From: an uncultured Acidobacteriota bacterium
GTDB lineage: Bacteria; Acidobacteriota; Vicinamibacteria; Fen-336
NCBI GenBank assembly: GCA_964561785.1
Contig: CAZLRF010000009.1
Span: 41,686 to 105,685 of the forward strand
Direction of reading: 5' to 3'
DNA: 64,000 nucleotides
The notes under the pieces were generated by a model, which was not told the DNA's origin, made no database searches, and saw only the letters and a list, made by a program, of their open reading frames with translations. The first letter of the stretch is position 1. Each line of letters opens with the position of its first letter. Of this stretch, positions 23,299 to 33,793 are shown piece after piece. The position numbers and the translations under genes are program-made.

Positions 23299-24072
23299 AT
23301 GAGCGACGCGTTCGCGATCGAGGTCGAGGGGCTGACCAAGGTCTTCCGGGGGAAGACCGCGGTCGACCGGCTGTCCTTCCGGGTCGCGAGGGGGCGCTTC
23401 TTCGGCTTCCTCGGGCCGAACGGGGCGGGCAAGAGCACCACGATGCGGATGCTCACCGGGCTCCTGCGGCCCACCTCCGGGGACGCGGCCGTCCTCGGGG
23501 TGCGGCTCTCCGGCGACCTCCTCGCCCTCAAGCGAAGGATCGGCGTCGTCCCCGAGGAGCTGCCCCTGTACGAGCGGCTGACCGGCGAGGAGCACCTGCT
23601 CTTCGCCGCCCGCATGCACGGCCTCCCGCGTCCCGAGGCCCGCCGGCGCGCGGAGGAGCTGCTCGAGTTCCTCTCGCTCGCCGACGAGCGGGGCAAGCTC
23701 GTCGTGGACTACTCGCAGGGCATGCGCAAGAAGCTGGCCCTCGCCTGCGCGCTCGTCCACGGGCCCTCGGCGCTCTTCCTCGACGAGCCGCTCAACGGCA
23801 TCGACCCCGTGGCCGGGCGCGTGGTGAGCGACCTCCTGCGGCGGCTCACCGCGCGCGGGGTGACGCTGTTCTTCACCTCTCACGTGCTCGACGTGGTCGA
23901 GCGCCTGTGCGACGAGGTCGCGGTCGTCGACCGGGGGCGCATCGTGGCCCAGGGGACGCTCGACGAGATCAGGGCCCAGCGCGCGATCGCGGGCGGGGCG
24001 TCGCTCGAGGACGTGTTCCTGAAGCTCGTCGACGCGGACGTGAGGCGCGAGGACCTCTCGTGGATCGCCTGA
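23299..24072 (+). CDS. ABC transporter ATP-binding protein (ABC-2 type)
   Basis: Walker A GPNGAGKST, signature-like YSQGMRKKLALA, Walker B LFLDEP. Confidence 0.85.
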   Translation: MSDAFAIEVEGLTKVFRGKTAVDRLSFRVARGRFFGFLGPNGAGKSTTMRMLTGLLRPTSGDAAVLGVRLSGDLLALKRRIGVVPEELPLYERLTGEEHLLFAARMHGLPRPEARRRAEELLEFLSLADERGKLVVDYSQGMRKKLALACALVHGPSALFLDEPLNGIDPVAGRVVSDLLRRLTARGVTLFFTSHVLDVVERLCDEVAVVDRGRIVAQGTLDEIRAQRAIAGGASLEDVFLKLVDADVRREDLSWIA

Positions 24073-25655
24073 TCGCGCTCGTGGCGCTGCGCTTCAGGCT
24101 CGAGGCGCGGGCCCTCCTCGGCGCCCGCGGGCGCCTCGTGGCGCTCCTCGTGGCCCTGCCCCTCCTCCTGCTCCTCTCCGCGGCCACGGCGGGCCTCGCC
24201 TTTCTCGCCGCACGCGTGGTCGAGCGCGAGGAGCCGGCGCTCGTCCTCCCCGCGCTCTCCGCGGCGTCGGCCGTGCTCGGGCTCGCCTGGGCCCTCTCGC
24301 CCTTCCTCGCGGGCGTCTTCGCCACCGAGACCCACGACCTCGGCCGGCTCGTGGTCTACCCGGTGTCGTTCGCGACGCTCGTGGTCTCGTCGCTCGCCGC
24401 GAACGTCGTGCAGCCGGTGGTGCTGGCCCAGGTCCCGGTCCTCGTCGCCCTCGGCCTCGGCCTCGCCGGGGCGCATCCCCGGCTCCTGCCCGCGCTCGCG
24501 GGGCTCGCCCTCGCCTTCGCGCTCGTCCTCGCCACGGGGCAGGCGGTGGGGATCGCCCTGCACGCCGTCTCCCGCCACCGCCGCCACCACGATCGCGTGC
24601 TCCTCCTCGGTCTCGGGCTCGGGATCGCCCTGAGCCTGCTGCCCCTCCTCCTGCTCTCGCCCGGGGGCGGCGGCGCCCGCCGCCTCGCTCTCTCCCTCGT
24701 CGAGCGCGACGTGTTCGCCCTCGTTCCCCTCTCCTGGGGGGTCCGGGCGGCGGTGCACGCGGGCCGGGGCGAGGCTCTCTCGTTCCTGGGCTGGGCGACC
24801 GGGGCCGCCCTGGCCCTGGCCGCGGCCCTCGGCGTCTCGACGCTCCTCGCGCGGCGTCTCTACCGCGGCGAGGCCGACCTCGGCGAGGCGACGGGAGGCC
24901 GATCGGCCCGGGCCCGCATGCCCCTGCCGGGGGCGGTGGGCGCTCTCGTCGAGAAGGACCTGCGCGTCGCCTGGCGCGACCCCCGGCTGAAGGCGCTCGT
25001 CTTCAGCGGCCTCGTCGGGCCCCTCGTCCTGCTCTTCGTGCTCGGCCAGGGCGGGGGGGCGCGCCCGTCGCTGCTCCTCGCGGTCGCGGTGCTGTCGGGC
25101 CTCGGGGCGGTGGGCGCCAACACGTTCGCCTTCGAGCGGCAGGGGCTCGCGCTCCTCCTCGGCAGTCCTCTCGACCGGCTCTCGCTCCTCGTCGGGAAGA
25201 ACATCGCCCTCGTCGCCCTGCGCCTGCCCGTCGTCCTCGCCATCGCCCTCGCCACGCTGCTCGTCGCCGGGCCCGCCTTCGTCCCCGCGGTCGCGACGGT
25301 CGCCCTCTCGACCCTCGTCCTCGCCGCCGCCGCCGACAGCTACCTCTCGATCCTCGTCCCGCTGCCGGTGTCGGCCGCGGGGCGCGACCCGAGCACGCCC
25401 GCCTCCGGCACGCGCGGGCTCGGGACCCTGGTCGCCCTCGTCCCCGCCCTGCTGGCCACCCTCGCCGCGGCCGTCCCGTTCGCGTTCCTCGCCTGGCTGC
25501 CGCTTCTCCTCGGCGAGCCGTGGCTCGCCGTCGCCACCCTTCCCCTCGCCCTCGCCGGCGCCGCCGCCGTCCACTTCATGGCCGTGGCGGGCGCGGCGCG
25601 GCTGCTCGAGCGGCGCGAGGGCGACCTCGTGGCGCGCCTCGCCGGGGAGGACTGA
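24060..25655 (+). CDS. ABC transporter permease (ABC-2 family, polytopic membrane protein)
   Basis: ~10 predicted TM helices, Leu/Ala-rich; GTG 24060 overlaps the ATPase stop by 13 nt; start uncertain. Confidence 0.6.
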   Translation: MDRLIALVALRFRLEARALLGARGRLVALLVALPLLLLLSAATAGLAFLAARVVEREEPALVLPALSAASAVLGLAWALSPFLAGVFATETHDLGRLVVYPVSFATLVVSSLAANVVQPVVLAQVPVLVALGLGLAGAHPRLLPALAGLALAFALVLATGQAVGIALHAVSRHRRHHDRVLLLGLGLGIALSLLPLLLLSPGGGGARRLALSLVERDVFALVPLSWGVRAAVHAGRGEALSFLGWATGAALALAAALGVSTLLARRLYRGEADLGEATGGRSARARMPLPGAVGALVEKDLRVAWRDPRLKALVFSGLVGPLVLLFVLGQGGGARPSLLLAVAVLSGLGAVGANTFAFERQGLALLLGSPLDRLSLLVGKNIALVALRLPVVLAIALATLLVAGPAFVPAVATVALSTLVLAAAADSYLSILVPLPVSAAGRDPSTPASGTRGLGTLVALVPALLATLAAAVPFAFLAWLPLLLGEPWLAVATLPLALAGAAAVHFMAVAGAARLLERREGDLVARLAGED

Positions 25656-25656
25656 C

Positions 25657-26415
25657 GTGGCGCGACGCCCCCGGGTGGCGATCGTCGGCCTCGGCCTCGT
25701 CGGGGGCTCGCTCGCCCGCGCGCTCCGCGCCGCCGGCCACCACGTCACCGGCATCGACTGGCCCCACGTCGTGCGCCGCGCCCTGCGCTCGCGCGCGATC
25801 TCGGCGGGGGCGACCCGGACCGAGCGGGGCGCGGAGGCCGACGTCGTGGTCCTCGCGGCCCCGCCCGCCACGAACCTGCGCCTCCTGCGCCGCCTCGCGA
25901 AGGTGGCCCGGCCCGGCCTCGTGGTCACGGACGTGTCGAGCGTGAAGGGCGACATCGTGCGCGAGGCGGCGCGGCTCCGCCTCGAGGGCTTCGTCGGCGG
26001 ACACCCGATGGCCGGCACCGAGAAGCGGGGCTTCGCCGCCGCGCGGGCGGACCTGTTCCGCGGCGCTTCGTGGTGGCTCGTGCCCGGGCGCTCCGCGCGC
26101 GCCACGCGCGCCGTGCGCGGGCTCGTCCTCGCCGCGGGCGCGCGCCCGGTCCTGACCGACGCCGCGACCCACGACCGCGCCATGGCGTTCCTGAGCCACG
26201 TCCCGCAGGTCGTCGCCTGGGCGCTCTTCGACGCGGCCCGGCTGGACCCGGTGGCGCGTCGGCACCTGCGCCGGGCGGGCCCCGGCTTCCGGGGCATGAC
26301 CCGCCTCGCCCGCAGCCCCCGCCCCCTGTGGCGCGACATCCTCGACGCCAACCGCCTCGAGGTGCGCCGCGCCCTCGGCGCGCTCGCGAGGCAGATCGAG
26401 AGGAGGAGACCGTGA
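25657..26415 (+). CDS. tyrA: prephenate dehydrogenase
   Basis: Rossmann VAIVGLGLVGGSLA; PDH core (VTDVSSVKG, GGHPMAG). Confidence 0.8.
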   Translation: MARRPRVAIVGLGLVGGSLARALRAAGHHVTGIDWPHVVRRALRSRAISAGATRTERGAEADVVVLAAPPATNLRLLRRLAKVARPGLVVTDVSSVKGDIVREAARLRLEGFVGGHPMAGTEKRGFAAARADLFRGASWWLVPGRSARATRAVRGLVLAAGARPVLTDAATHDRAMAFLSHVPQVVAWALFDAARLDPVARRHLRRAGPGFRGMTRLARSPRPLWRDILDANRLEVRRALGALARQIERRRP

Positions 26416-26813
26416 AGCGTGCTCCGGACCCCGAGGCCGCGGCGGCCCTCGTGCCCCGCGCCCTCTTCGGCAGCAGCGTGGCCGTCCTCGTCCTGGGCGG
26501 GCTCCTCAACGTCCAGGGCCAGACTGCGCTCGGGCCGGAAGCGATCTCGTGGGGGGCCGCGGGGTGGGCGCTCGTCGCCCCCGTGGTGGCCGTGCTCGTC
26601 CGCGGCCGGGGCCTCGTGCTTCCCCGCGAGGAGCCGCGCTCCGGGGAGGAGGCGATCGCGCGCGCCCGAAGCGGGCTCGTCTTCTTCGCGATCCTGGAGA
26701 GCGCGGCCGTCCTCGCCGGCATCGCGGCGATCGTGAGCCCCCCGTGGTGGCCCCTCGCCGCGGCGATCGTGCCCCTCGCCGTGATGGCGATGAACCTGCC
26801 GCCGAGACGCTGA
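26412..26813 (+). CDS. small membrane protein, hypothetical
   Basis: GTG 26412 overlaps tyrA stop (GTGA) with AGGAGGAGA upstream; 3-4 hydrophobic helices. Confidence 0.45.
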   Translation: MKRAPDPEAAAALVPRALFGSSVAVLVLGGLLNVQGQTALGPEAISWGAAGWALVAPVVAVLVRGRGLVLPREEPRSGEEAIARARSGLVFFAILESAAVLAGIAAIVSPPWWPLAAAIVPLAVMAMNLPPRR

Positions 26814-26892
26814 CGAGGGGCCCCCGCGGGGACGTATCATCGCAGACGGCCGCGGGTCGTCCGCGGCGGATCGTCGCCTGGAGGTGAAGACC

Positions 26893-27444
26893 ATGTTCCA
26901 CCCGGGGAAGCGCGCGGCCGCGCTCGCCGCGGCCTTCGTCTGGCTCGGCGGTGCGGCCTGCAACAAGGGCGCCGCGGAGGCCGCGCTCGCGGGCGCGGAG
27001 CAGGCGCTCTCCGCCGCGCGCGCGGATCTCGAGAGGTACGTGCCGCGGGAGCTCGCGGCCCTCGACCGCAGCCTCGCCGCGGCGAGGGCCGACCTGGCGA
27101 ACGGCCGCTACACCGACTCCCTGAAGGCGGGGCAGGAGCTGCCGTCGAGGATCGCCGACGCCCTCGCCGCGGCGCAGGCCCGCAAGGGAGAGCTGACCGC
27201 GTCGTGGAAGGGCCTGGCCGAGTCGCTTCCGGCGACGATCGACGCTCTCACCGCGAGGGCGACCGCCCTCGCCGCCGCGCAGGCGGACCTCGGGGCCCTC
27301 AGCCGGTCCTGGGCGGACGCGACCGCCGCGTTCGAGGGCGGCGACGTCGCGCAGGCGGTGACCCTCGCCCGGGACGCGAAGGCGAGGGCCGACGCGCTCG
27401 CCTCCCGCCTCGGCCTCGTCCCCGCCCCCGGGGTGCACCCGTGA
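26893..27444 (+). CDS. exported/lipoprotein-like alpha-helical hypothetical protein
   Basis: SD GGAGG then ATG 26893 (alternative GTG 26884); signal peptide ending GGAAC; Ala-rich coiled-coil-like body. Confidence 0.45.
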   Translation: MFHPGKRAAALAAAFVWLGGAACNKGAAEAALAGAEQALSAARADLERYVPRELAALDRSLAAARADLANGRYTDSLKAGQELPSRIADALAAAQARKGELTASWKGLAESLPATIDALTARATALAAAQADLGALSRSWADATAAFEGGDVAQAVTLARDAKARADALASRLGLVPAPGVHP

Positions 27445-28802
27445 ACAAGGTGGTACCGAGCGCGAGGGAGGCCGTGCGCGACGTCCCGGACGGCGCGACG
27501 CTCATGCTGTCCGGCTTCGGCCTGTGCGGGATCCCGGAGAACCTGATCGTCGCCCTGCGCGACCACGGGGCGCGGGGCCTCACCTGCATCTCGAACAACG
27601 CCGGGGTGACCGACTTCGGGATCAGCCTGCTCCTGAAGAACGGCCAGGTCCGGAAGATGGTCGCCACCTACGTCGGGGAGAACAAGGTCTTCGAGACCAT
27701 GTTCCTCGAGGGCTCGCTCGAGGTGGAGCTCAACCCCCAGGGCACCCTCGCCGAGCGGATCCGCGCGGGCGGGGCCGGCATCCCGGCCTTCTTCACCCCC
27801 GCCGGCTACGGCACCGTGGTCGCGGAGGGCAAGGAGGTGCGCTGGTTCGACGGCAAGCCCTACCTGATGGAGACGGGGCTGCGGGCCGACTTCGCGCTCG
27901 TGAAGGCGTGGAAGGGCGACACCGCGGGCAACCTCGTCTTCCGGCGCACCGCGCGCAACTTCGGCCCGATGATGTGCCAGGCCGCGCGCACGACGATCGC
28001 CGAGGTGGAGCACCTCCTGCCCGCGGGGGCGATCGACCCCGACCAGGTGCACGTGAGCGGGATCTTCGTCCACCGGATCCTCCAGGGAGCCGGGTACGAG
28101 AAGCGGATCGAGCGGCGCACCCTGCGCGGCGAGGGCGCGCCGGAGACCGACCCGAAGCGGCTGCGGATCGTGCGGCGCGCCGCGCTCGAGATGAAGGACG
28201 GCGACTACGTGAACCTCGGCATCGGCATGCCCACCCTCGCCGCCAACCACGTGCCCGAGGGCGTCTCGATCGTGCTCCACTCGGAGAACGGGATGCTGGG
28301 CGTCGGACCGTACCCCGAGGCGGGTCAGGAGGACCCCGACCTCATCAACGCGGGCAAGGAGACGGTGACGGAGCTGCCCGGCGCCTCCTACTTCTCGAGC
28401 GCCGAGTCGTTCGCGATGGTGCGCGGCGGCCACGTCGACCTCACGATCCTCGGCGCCCTCCAGGTCGACCAGGAGGGCAACCTCGCCAACTGGACGATCC
28501 CGGGCAAGATGGTCAAGGGGATGGGAGGAGCGATGGACCTCGTGGCCGGCGCCCGCCGGGTGGTGGTGGCGATGGAGCACGCGGCGAAGGACGGCCGCCC
28601 CAAGATCCTGACGCGGTGCACGCTGCCGCTGACCGGAAGGCGGTGCGTCGACCTCGTGGTCACCGAGATGGGGGTCCTCCGGGTGACGCGGGAGGGGCTC
28701 GTCCTCGCCGAGATCGCGCCCGACACGACGGTCGAGGCGGTGAAGGGGGCCACCGGGGCGCCGCTCCTCGTGGCCCCCGACCTCGCGACCATGCCGTTCT
28801 AG
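27441..28802 (+). CDS. family I 3-oxoacid CoA-transferase, fused A+B subunits
   Basis: A-subunit region ([14 protein letters not shown]) and B-subunit region ([12 protein letters not shown] catalytic Glu motif) in one 453-aa polypeptide; GTGA overlap with upstream gene. Confidence 0.8.
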   Translation: MNKVVPSAREAVRDVPDGATLMLSGFGLCGIPENLIVALRDHGARGLTCISNNAGVTDFGISLLLKNGQVRKMVATYVGENKVFETMFLEGSLEVELNPQGTLAERIRAGGAGIPAFFTPAGYGTVVAEGKEVRWFDGKPYLMETGLRADFALVKAWKGDTAGNLVFRRTARNFGPMMCQAARTTIAEVEHLLPAGAIDPDQVHVSGIFVHRILQGAGYEKRIERRTLRGEGAPETDPKRLRIVRRAALEMKDGDYVNLGIGMPTLAANHVPEGVSIVLHSENGMLGVGPYPEAGQEDPDLINAGKETVTELPGASYFSSAESFAMVRGGHVDLTILGALQVDQEGNLANWTIPGKMVKGMGGAMDLVAGARRVVVAMEHAAKDGRPKILTRCTLPLTGRRCVDLVVTEMGVLRVTREGLVLAEIAPDTTVEAVKGATGAPLLVAPDLATMPF

Positions 28803-28831
28803 CCGGGGAAGCGCGCGCTTCCAGGGAGGAG

Positions 28832-29317
28832 ATGGCGACGCGGAGCGTGGCGATCGACTGGGACGGCCTCGAGCGGGCCCTCACCCGCCGCCCGCGCGAG
28901 TCCGAGGCCTTCCTCGACACCCGGAGCGGCGACATCGTCTGGGTCACCCGGGGGTGGAGCGACGACCACGCCTTCTCCGACCAGGAGCTCGACGAGGGCC
29001 TCGCCGCGGGCCGGCTCGTCGCCGTGCTCCCCGTCCCGCCGCAGACCGAGCTCGGCTGGATGCGCGCGTTCGTCGACGCGCTCGAGGACGGCTGGCCGCG
29101 GGACATGCTCCGCTCGGCCCTCGACGGGCCCGACCCCGACCTGCGGTTCGAGGACGCGCTCGGCTTCTTTCCCGAGGACCGCGTGCGCTGGGTGGCCTGC
29201 CGCAACGCGCGCCTCGCGGCCGTGGTGCGCGCGTGGCTCGAGGCGAACGAGATCGAGCCGACCAGCGAGCCCCCGCGCTGGTACCACAAGGCGACCCGCG
29301 GGCCGGACGTGGCATGA
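28832..29317 (+). CDS. hypothetical cytoplasmic protein (UPF0158-like)
   Basis: SD GGGAGGA 4 nt upstream of ATG 28832; 161 aa acidic protein with no confident domain. Confidence 0.4.
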   Translation: MATRSVAIDWDGLERALTRRPRESEAFLDTRSGDIVWVTRGWSDDHAFSDQELDEGLAAGRLVAVLPVPPQTELGWMRAFVDALEDGWPRDMLRSALDGPDPDLRFEDALGFFPEDRVRWVACRNARLAAVVRAWLEANEIEPTSEPPRWYHKATRGPDVA

Positions 29318-29324
29318 TCGAGGG

Positions 29325-30794
29325 ATGACCAGCGGGCACCCGGGCGGACGCGAGCGGCTGCGCGAGATCGCGCGCCGGGCCATGCGCGAGCGCGGCTTCG
29401 AGCCCGACTTCCCGCCCGCGGTGCTGGCGGAGGCCCTCGCGCTCGAGGAGCCGGCCCGGCGCCTCGACGGCCCGGTCGAGGACCTGCGGGGGCTCGCCTG
29501 GGTGTCGATCGACAACGACGACTCGCGCGACCTCGACCAGCTCTCGGTGGCCGAGGAGCAGGCCGACGGCTCGGTGCGGCTGCGGGTCGCCGTGGCCGAC
29601 GTCGACGCGGCCGTGCGCCGCGGGGGCGCGATCGACGAGCGGGCGAGGACGAACACGACGTCGGTCTACACGCCGGCCCAGGTCTTCCCGATGCTGCCCG
29701 AGCGGCTGTCGACCGACCTCACGTCGCTCAACGAGGGCGAGGACCGCCTGGCCCTGGTCGTCTCGCTCGTGACCCGCCGCGACGGCACGCTGGCCGGCTC
29801 CGCGCTCGCGCGCGCCCTCGTCCGCAACGAAGCCCGGCTCTCTTACGGCGCGGTGGCCGCCTGGCTCGACGGCCGGGCGGAGGCCCCCCCGGCCGTAGCC
29901 GCCTCGCCCGAGGTCGAGTGGCAGCTGCGGCTCCAGGACCGGGTGGCCTCCGCGATGAAGGACAGGCGCGAGGAGCGGGGCGCCCTCGCCCTCGCCTCGA
30001 ACGAGTCCACGGTCGTGTTCGAGGGGGACCTCCTCGCCGACCTCCGGCCGGCCGAGGACGACCGCGCGAAGGAGATGATCCAGGACTTCATGATCGCGGC
30101 GAACACCGCGACCGCGCGCTTCCTGGAGCAGAGCGGCTTCCCCTCGCTGCGGCGCATCCTGCGCCGGCCGGCGCGCTGGGACCGCATCGTGGCGATCGCC
30201 CGCGAGGCGGGGCACGAGCTGCCCGGGGAGCCGAGCGCCCCCGCGCTGCAGGCCTTCCTGCTCGAGCAGCGGGCCAGAGATCCCCTGCGCTTCCCCGACC
30301 TCTCGCTGTCGGTGGTGAAGCTCCTCGGGTCCGGCGAGTACGGGGTCGAGGAGCCGGGGCGGCCCGCGGAGGGGCACTTCGGCCTCGCGGTGAGCGACTA
30401 CACCCACTCCACGGCCCCGAACCGCCGCTACCCCGACCTCGTCACCCAGCGCCTGGTGAAGGCCGCGCTCGCCGGCCGGCCGTGCCCGTACTCCGTCGAG
30501 CAGCTCCTCGAGCTCGCGCGCCACTGCACGGAGCAGGAGGACGACGCCTCGAAGATCGAGCGCCAGGTCAAGAAGTCCGCGGCGGCGATGGTGCTCGAGG
30601 GGCGCCGGGGCGAGCGCTTCGACGCCGTGGTGACCGGCGCCTCGGCCAAGGGCACCTGGGTGCGGGTCTTCCGCCCGCCCGTCGAGGGCCGGGTGGTGCG
30701 CGGGGAGGACGGGCTCGACGTGGGCGAGCGCGTCAGGGTGGCGCTGCTCGGCACCGACGTCGAGCGCGGCTTCATCGACTTCGCCCGGGCCTGA
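29325..30794 (+). CDS. RNB-domain exoribonuclease (RNase II/R family, short form)
   Basis: RNB catalytic motifs (DSRDLDQ, HFGLAVSDYTHSTAPNRRYPDLVTQR). Confidence 0.8.
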   Translation: MTSGHPGGRERLREIARRAMRERGFEPDFPPAVLAEALALEEPARRLDGPVEDLRGLAWVSIDNDDSRDLDQLSVAEEQADGSVRLRVAVADVDAAVRRGGAIDERARTNTTSVYTPAQVFPMLPERLSTDLTSLNEGEDRLALVVSLVTRRDGTLAGSALARALVRNEARLSYGAVAAWLDGRAEAPPAVAASPEVEWQLRLQDRVASAMKDRREERGALALASNESTVVFEGDLLADLRPAEDDRAKEMIQDFMIAANTATARFLEQSGFPSLRRILRRPARWDRIVAIAREAGHELPGEPSAPALQAFLLEQRARDPLRFPDLSLSVVKLLGSGEYGVEEPGRPAEGHFGLAVSDYTHSTAPNRRYPDLVTQRLVKAALAGRPCPYSVEQLLELARHCTEQEDDASKIERQVKKSAAAMVLEGRRGERFDAVVTGASAKGTWVRVFRPPVEGRVVRGEDGLDVGERVRVALLGTDVERGFIDFARA

Positions 30795-30803
30795 GCGGGG
30801 CGC

Positions 30804-32504
30804 CTACAGCCGGCCGGCCTTCATCTGCGCGAGCAGGTGGTCGCTCGACCGCACGGCGAGGGCCATGATCGTGAGGGTCGGGTTCTGGCAGCCGCCGGAG
30901 GTGAAGCCCGCCCCGTCCATGACGAACAGGTTGGGCACGTCGTGCGACCGCTGGTACTGGTCGAGGACGGAGGTCCTCGGGTCCTTGCCCATCCGCGCGA
31001 CGCCGAGCTCGTGGATGCCGTAGCCGGGCACCCGGTCGGGCACGGCGAAGGGTCGGATGTTCACGGCCCCCGCCGCGTCCATCATCTCCGCCGCCGACTC
31101 CGCCATGTCCGGGATCATGGCCCGCTCGTTCTCGCCCCACGCCATGTGGACCTTCAGGATCGGGATGCCGTACGCGTCCACCTGGCCCGAGGGGTCGATC
31201 TCCACGAAGTTCGAGAAGTAGGGCAGGCACTCGCCGAAGCCCACGAGCCGCACGGACGAGGAGGGGCTCATGACCGCCCTCTTGTAGGCCTCGCCGAAGC
31301 CCGGGGCGTCGAAGCTGAAGTCAGTGCCCTGGCCTCCCTGGAAGCCGTAGCCGCGCAGGAAGCGCTTCGAGCGGGGGCCGTCCTTCGTGTTGCGGAAGCG
31401 GATCACGTAGATGCCGTTGGGCCGGTTGGGCCCCTGGACGCTCGGGGTCCCCTCGAGGCCGGGGAACTCCCCGCTCGCGCCCCCGGCGACCCAGAGGTGG
31501 TCCATCAAGTAGTGGCCGAGCACGCCGCTCGAGTTGCCGAGCCCGGCCGGGTGGCGGGGTTCCCGCGAGTTGAGGAGGATCCGCGCCGACTCGAGGGCCT
31601 GCGCGCACAGCACGACCGCCCGGCCGCGGGTCTCGCGCACCTCGCGGGTCGTGCGGTCGACCCAGACGACGGAGCGGGCCCGGCCGCTGACGGGATCGGT
31701 CTCGACCTTCCACGCCATCGCGTCGGGCACGTGGGTGCAGCGGCCGGTGGCGAGCGCGTCGGCCACGGTGGTGAAGGCCGAGTTGAAGTACGAGTTCGTG
31801 ACGCAGCCCCAGTAGCACGGGCCGCAGTAGTGGCAGGGGGCGCGGCCGTTCAGCGTGCGGGTGATGTTCGCCACGCGGCCGATCGTCACCGTCCGGCCGA
31901 GCTTCCGTTTCACCCGCTCGCGCAGGCGCAGCTCCGCGCAGTGGAACGGCATCGCGGGGTGGAAGCGGCCGTCCGGCAGCTCGTCGGAGCCCTCGGCGAG
32001 GCCGGAGATGCCGACGTAGTCCTCGACGAGGTCGTAGTAGGGGGCGAGGTCGGCGTAGGAGAGCGGCCAGTCCTCCCCGAAGCCGTCGAACGAGGCGGCC
32101 TTGAAGTCCCCGTCGCCCATCCGGTAGCTCTGCCGGCCCCACACGACCGTGCGGCCCCCGGTGACCCGCAGCCGCCCCTGCCAGCTGAAGGGCTTCCCCT
32201 CGGCCGTGGTGTAGGGCTCCTCGAGGTCGTTCGCGAACCAGTCCGCGTTCCTCTCCGTGCACGCGTAGCAGTCCGCCTGCACCGGCCGGGTGCGGCGCAG
32301 GACCTCGCGCTGCACGCCGCGGTACGGGAGATCGAAGGGCGCCCCGTGCTCGTCGAGATCGGTGATCCGCAGAGGCCGCCCCGCGTCCAGGAGGGCGACC
32401 CGGGCCCCGGCCTCGCAGAGGCGCTTCGCCGCCCAGCCTCCGGAGGCGCCCGAGCCGACCACCACCGCGTCGAAGACCTCCTGGGACGATTCCGCCATCG
32501 CCAC
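30804..32504 (-). CDS. GMC-family FAD-dependent oxidoreductase
   Basis: FAD fold VVVGSGASGG; GMC C-terminal domain. Confidence 0.85.
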   Translation of the reverse strand: MAMAESSQEVFDAVVVGSGASGGWAAKRLCEAGARVALLDAGRPLRITDLDEHGAPFDLPYRGVQREVLRRTRPVQADCYACTERNADWFANDLEEPYTTAEGKPFSWQGRLRVTGGRTVVWGRQSYRMGDGDFKAASFDGFGEDWPLSYADLAPYYDLVEDYVGISGLAEGSDELPDGRFHPAMPFHCAELRLRERVKRKLGRTVTIGRVANITRTLNGRAPCHYCGPCYWGCVTNSYFNSAFTTVADALATGRCTHVPDAMAWKVETDPVSGRARSVVWVDRTTREVRETRGRAVVLCAQALESARILLNSREPRHPAGLGNSSGVLGHYLMDHLWVAGGASGEFPGLEGTPSVQGPNRPNGIYVIRFRNTKDGPRSKRFLRGYGFQGGQGTDFSFDAPGFGEAYKRAVMSPSSSVRLVGFGECLPYFSNFVEIDPSGQVDAYGIPILKVHMAWGENERAMIPDMAESAAEMMDAAGAVNIRPFAVPDRVPGYGIHELGVARMGKDPRTSVLDQYQRSHDVPNLFVMDGAGFTSGGCQNPTLTIMALAVRSSDHLLAQMKAGRL

Positions 32505-32563
32505 CTCCCGGGGAGCGCGCTGCGGGGAGAGTATGGCATCCTTGCGCCCGGGAGCTCCCGGGC

Positions 32564-33190
32564 ATGAGCGAGAAGCCGTCGTCGAGCCGTCGGAAGGTCC
32601 TCCAGGTCCTGGCGGGAGGCGCGGGCGCCGGCCTCGCCGCGCCCGCGGTCGGGGCCCAGGAGCACGCGCACGCGGCGTCCCCCGCGGCCGCAGCGACGGC
32701 CGCCCCCGGCGCCTCTGCGGTGTTCCTCGACCCGCACCAGCTCGAGACGCTCGCCTCGCTCGCCGAGGCGATCGTGCCCGGCTCGACCGCGGCCGGGGTC
32801 GCCCCGTTCGTCGATCGCCTCCTCGCCGCCGACACCGCGGCGCGCCAGCGGGCGTTTCTCGCGGCGCTCGGCGCGATCCAGGCCGAGTCGGCCGCCCGCT
32901 ACGGCAAGCCGTGGCTGGGCCTCACGCAGGCGCAGAGGACCGAGCTGCTGACCGCCGCCTCCACGGGTCGGCCGGCCCACGCCCCACGGTTCTGGGCCCC
33001 CGGCCGGGAGGTCCTCCCGCCCGACGAGCCGCCCGCGCCGCCGACCCTGCGGGACCGCTTCGACCTCCTCAAGGAGCGGATCGCGACCGCGTACTACAGC
33101 TCGGAGGCGGGCATGAAAGAGCTCGGCTGGACGGGCGAGATGATCCACGCCGAGCCGCCGGGCTGCCGCCACCCGGGCGGCCACCCGTAG
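32564..33190 (+). CDS. gluconate 2-dehydrogenase subunit 3-family protein (Tat-exported small subunit of GMC dehydrogenases)
   Basis: Twin-arginine signal SRRKVLQVLAGGAGAGLAAPA; family-typical size; divergent partner of the GMC flavoprotein. Confidence 0.7.
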   Translation: MSEKPSSSRRKVLQVLAGGAGAGLAAPAVGAQEHAHAASPAAAATAAPGASAVFLDPHQLETLASLAEAIVPGSTAAGVAPFVDRLLAADTAARQRAFLAALGAIQAESAARYGKPWLGLTQAQRTELLTAASTGRPAHAPRFWAPGREVLPPDEPPAPPTLRDRFDLLKERIATAYYSSEAGMKELGWTGEMIHAEPPGCRHPGGHP

Positions 33191-33215
33191 GTCGGCCCTT
33201 CCGCGCCGGCCTCCG

Positions 33216-33665
33216 TCAGTCGGCGCGGATCCGGTTCGAGGCGTCGTGGCAGGCGTTGCACGCGCCGCCCGTGATCGCCGCCTTCATCGCCCGCCGTGCG
33301 TCTCCGCTGCCGGCGACGTCCACGTAGAGGCCGGAGCCGAAGCTGACCCGCTGCGACGTGTAGGCGTTGCCGGAGGCGTCGGCGGAGAGGCTCAGCACCA
33401 CCGTGCCCCCGCCGTCCGGGGCGGTGGTCAGGCGCACGGTGGCCCCGGGATAGACCGAGCCGCTCTCCCGGTAGACCGTCCCGGCCACGCTGAGGTCGCG
33501 GTGGCAGGCGAGGCAATCGCGGCCCGCGTTGTGGCTGGCGGCGGCGGTGAGGCTCCCGCTCGACGCGCCCGCCGCCGAGGGACTCCCGGAGGATCCCCCG
33601 CAAGCCGTCGCTCCTGCCGCGAGCAAGGCGGCCAGAATCAGGCTCGGCGCGCGTCGAGGGGTCAT
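33216..33665 (-). CDS. small dihaem c-type cytochrome lipoprotein
   Basis: Signal peptide with Cys (LLAAGATAC); two CxxCH motifs (CLACH, CNACH); ORF trimmed to Met-32 of the track ORF. Confidence 0.55.
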   Translation of the reverse strand: MTPRRAPSLILAALLAAGATACGGSSGSPSAAGASSGSLTAAASHNAGRDCLACHRDLSVAGTVYRESGSVYPGATVRLTTAPDGGGTVVLSLSADASGNAYTSQRVSFGSGLYVDVAGSGDARRAMKAAITGGACNACHDASNRIRAD

Positions 33666-33763
33666 CTGCGCTCTCCTTCGCCGCGGCGGCGCCCGCCCCG
33701 GCCCCTCCACTCTAGCCCAGCCTCCCGCGCCGCTTCTGTCACAAGCTGTTTCGTTCACGACAG

Positions 33764-33793
33764 TTGACAGGCGCGCGCCCTCTCCACTATCGT
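33764..33793 (+). promoter_or_regulatory. candidate sigma70-type promoter of rho (-35 TTGACA 33764-33769, 18-nt spacer, -10 TATCGT 33788-33793)
   Basis: Consensus -35 box; the ORF track's apparent start at 33764 is this TTGACA read as a TTG codon. Confidence 0.4.

Noticed and set aside
22537-23883. 448-aa version of the PilZ ORF
   Set aside because: The N-terminal ~210 codons are antisense to the ABC ATPase gene and lack any domain; trimmed to Met at 23256, giving a canonical tandem-PilZ protein.
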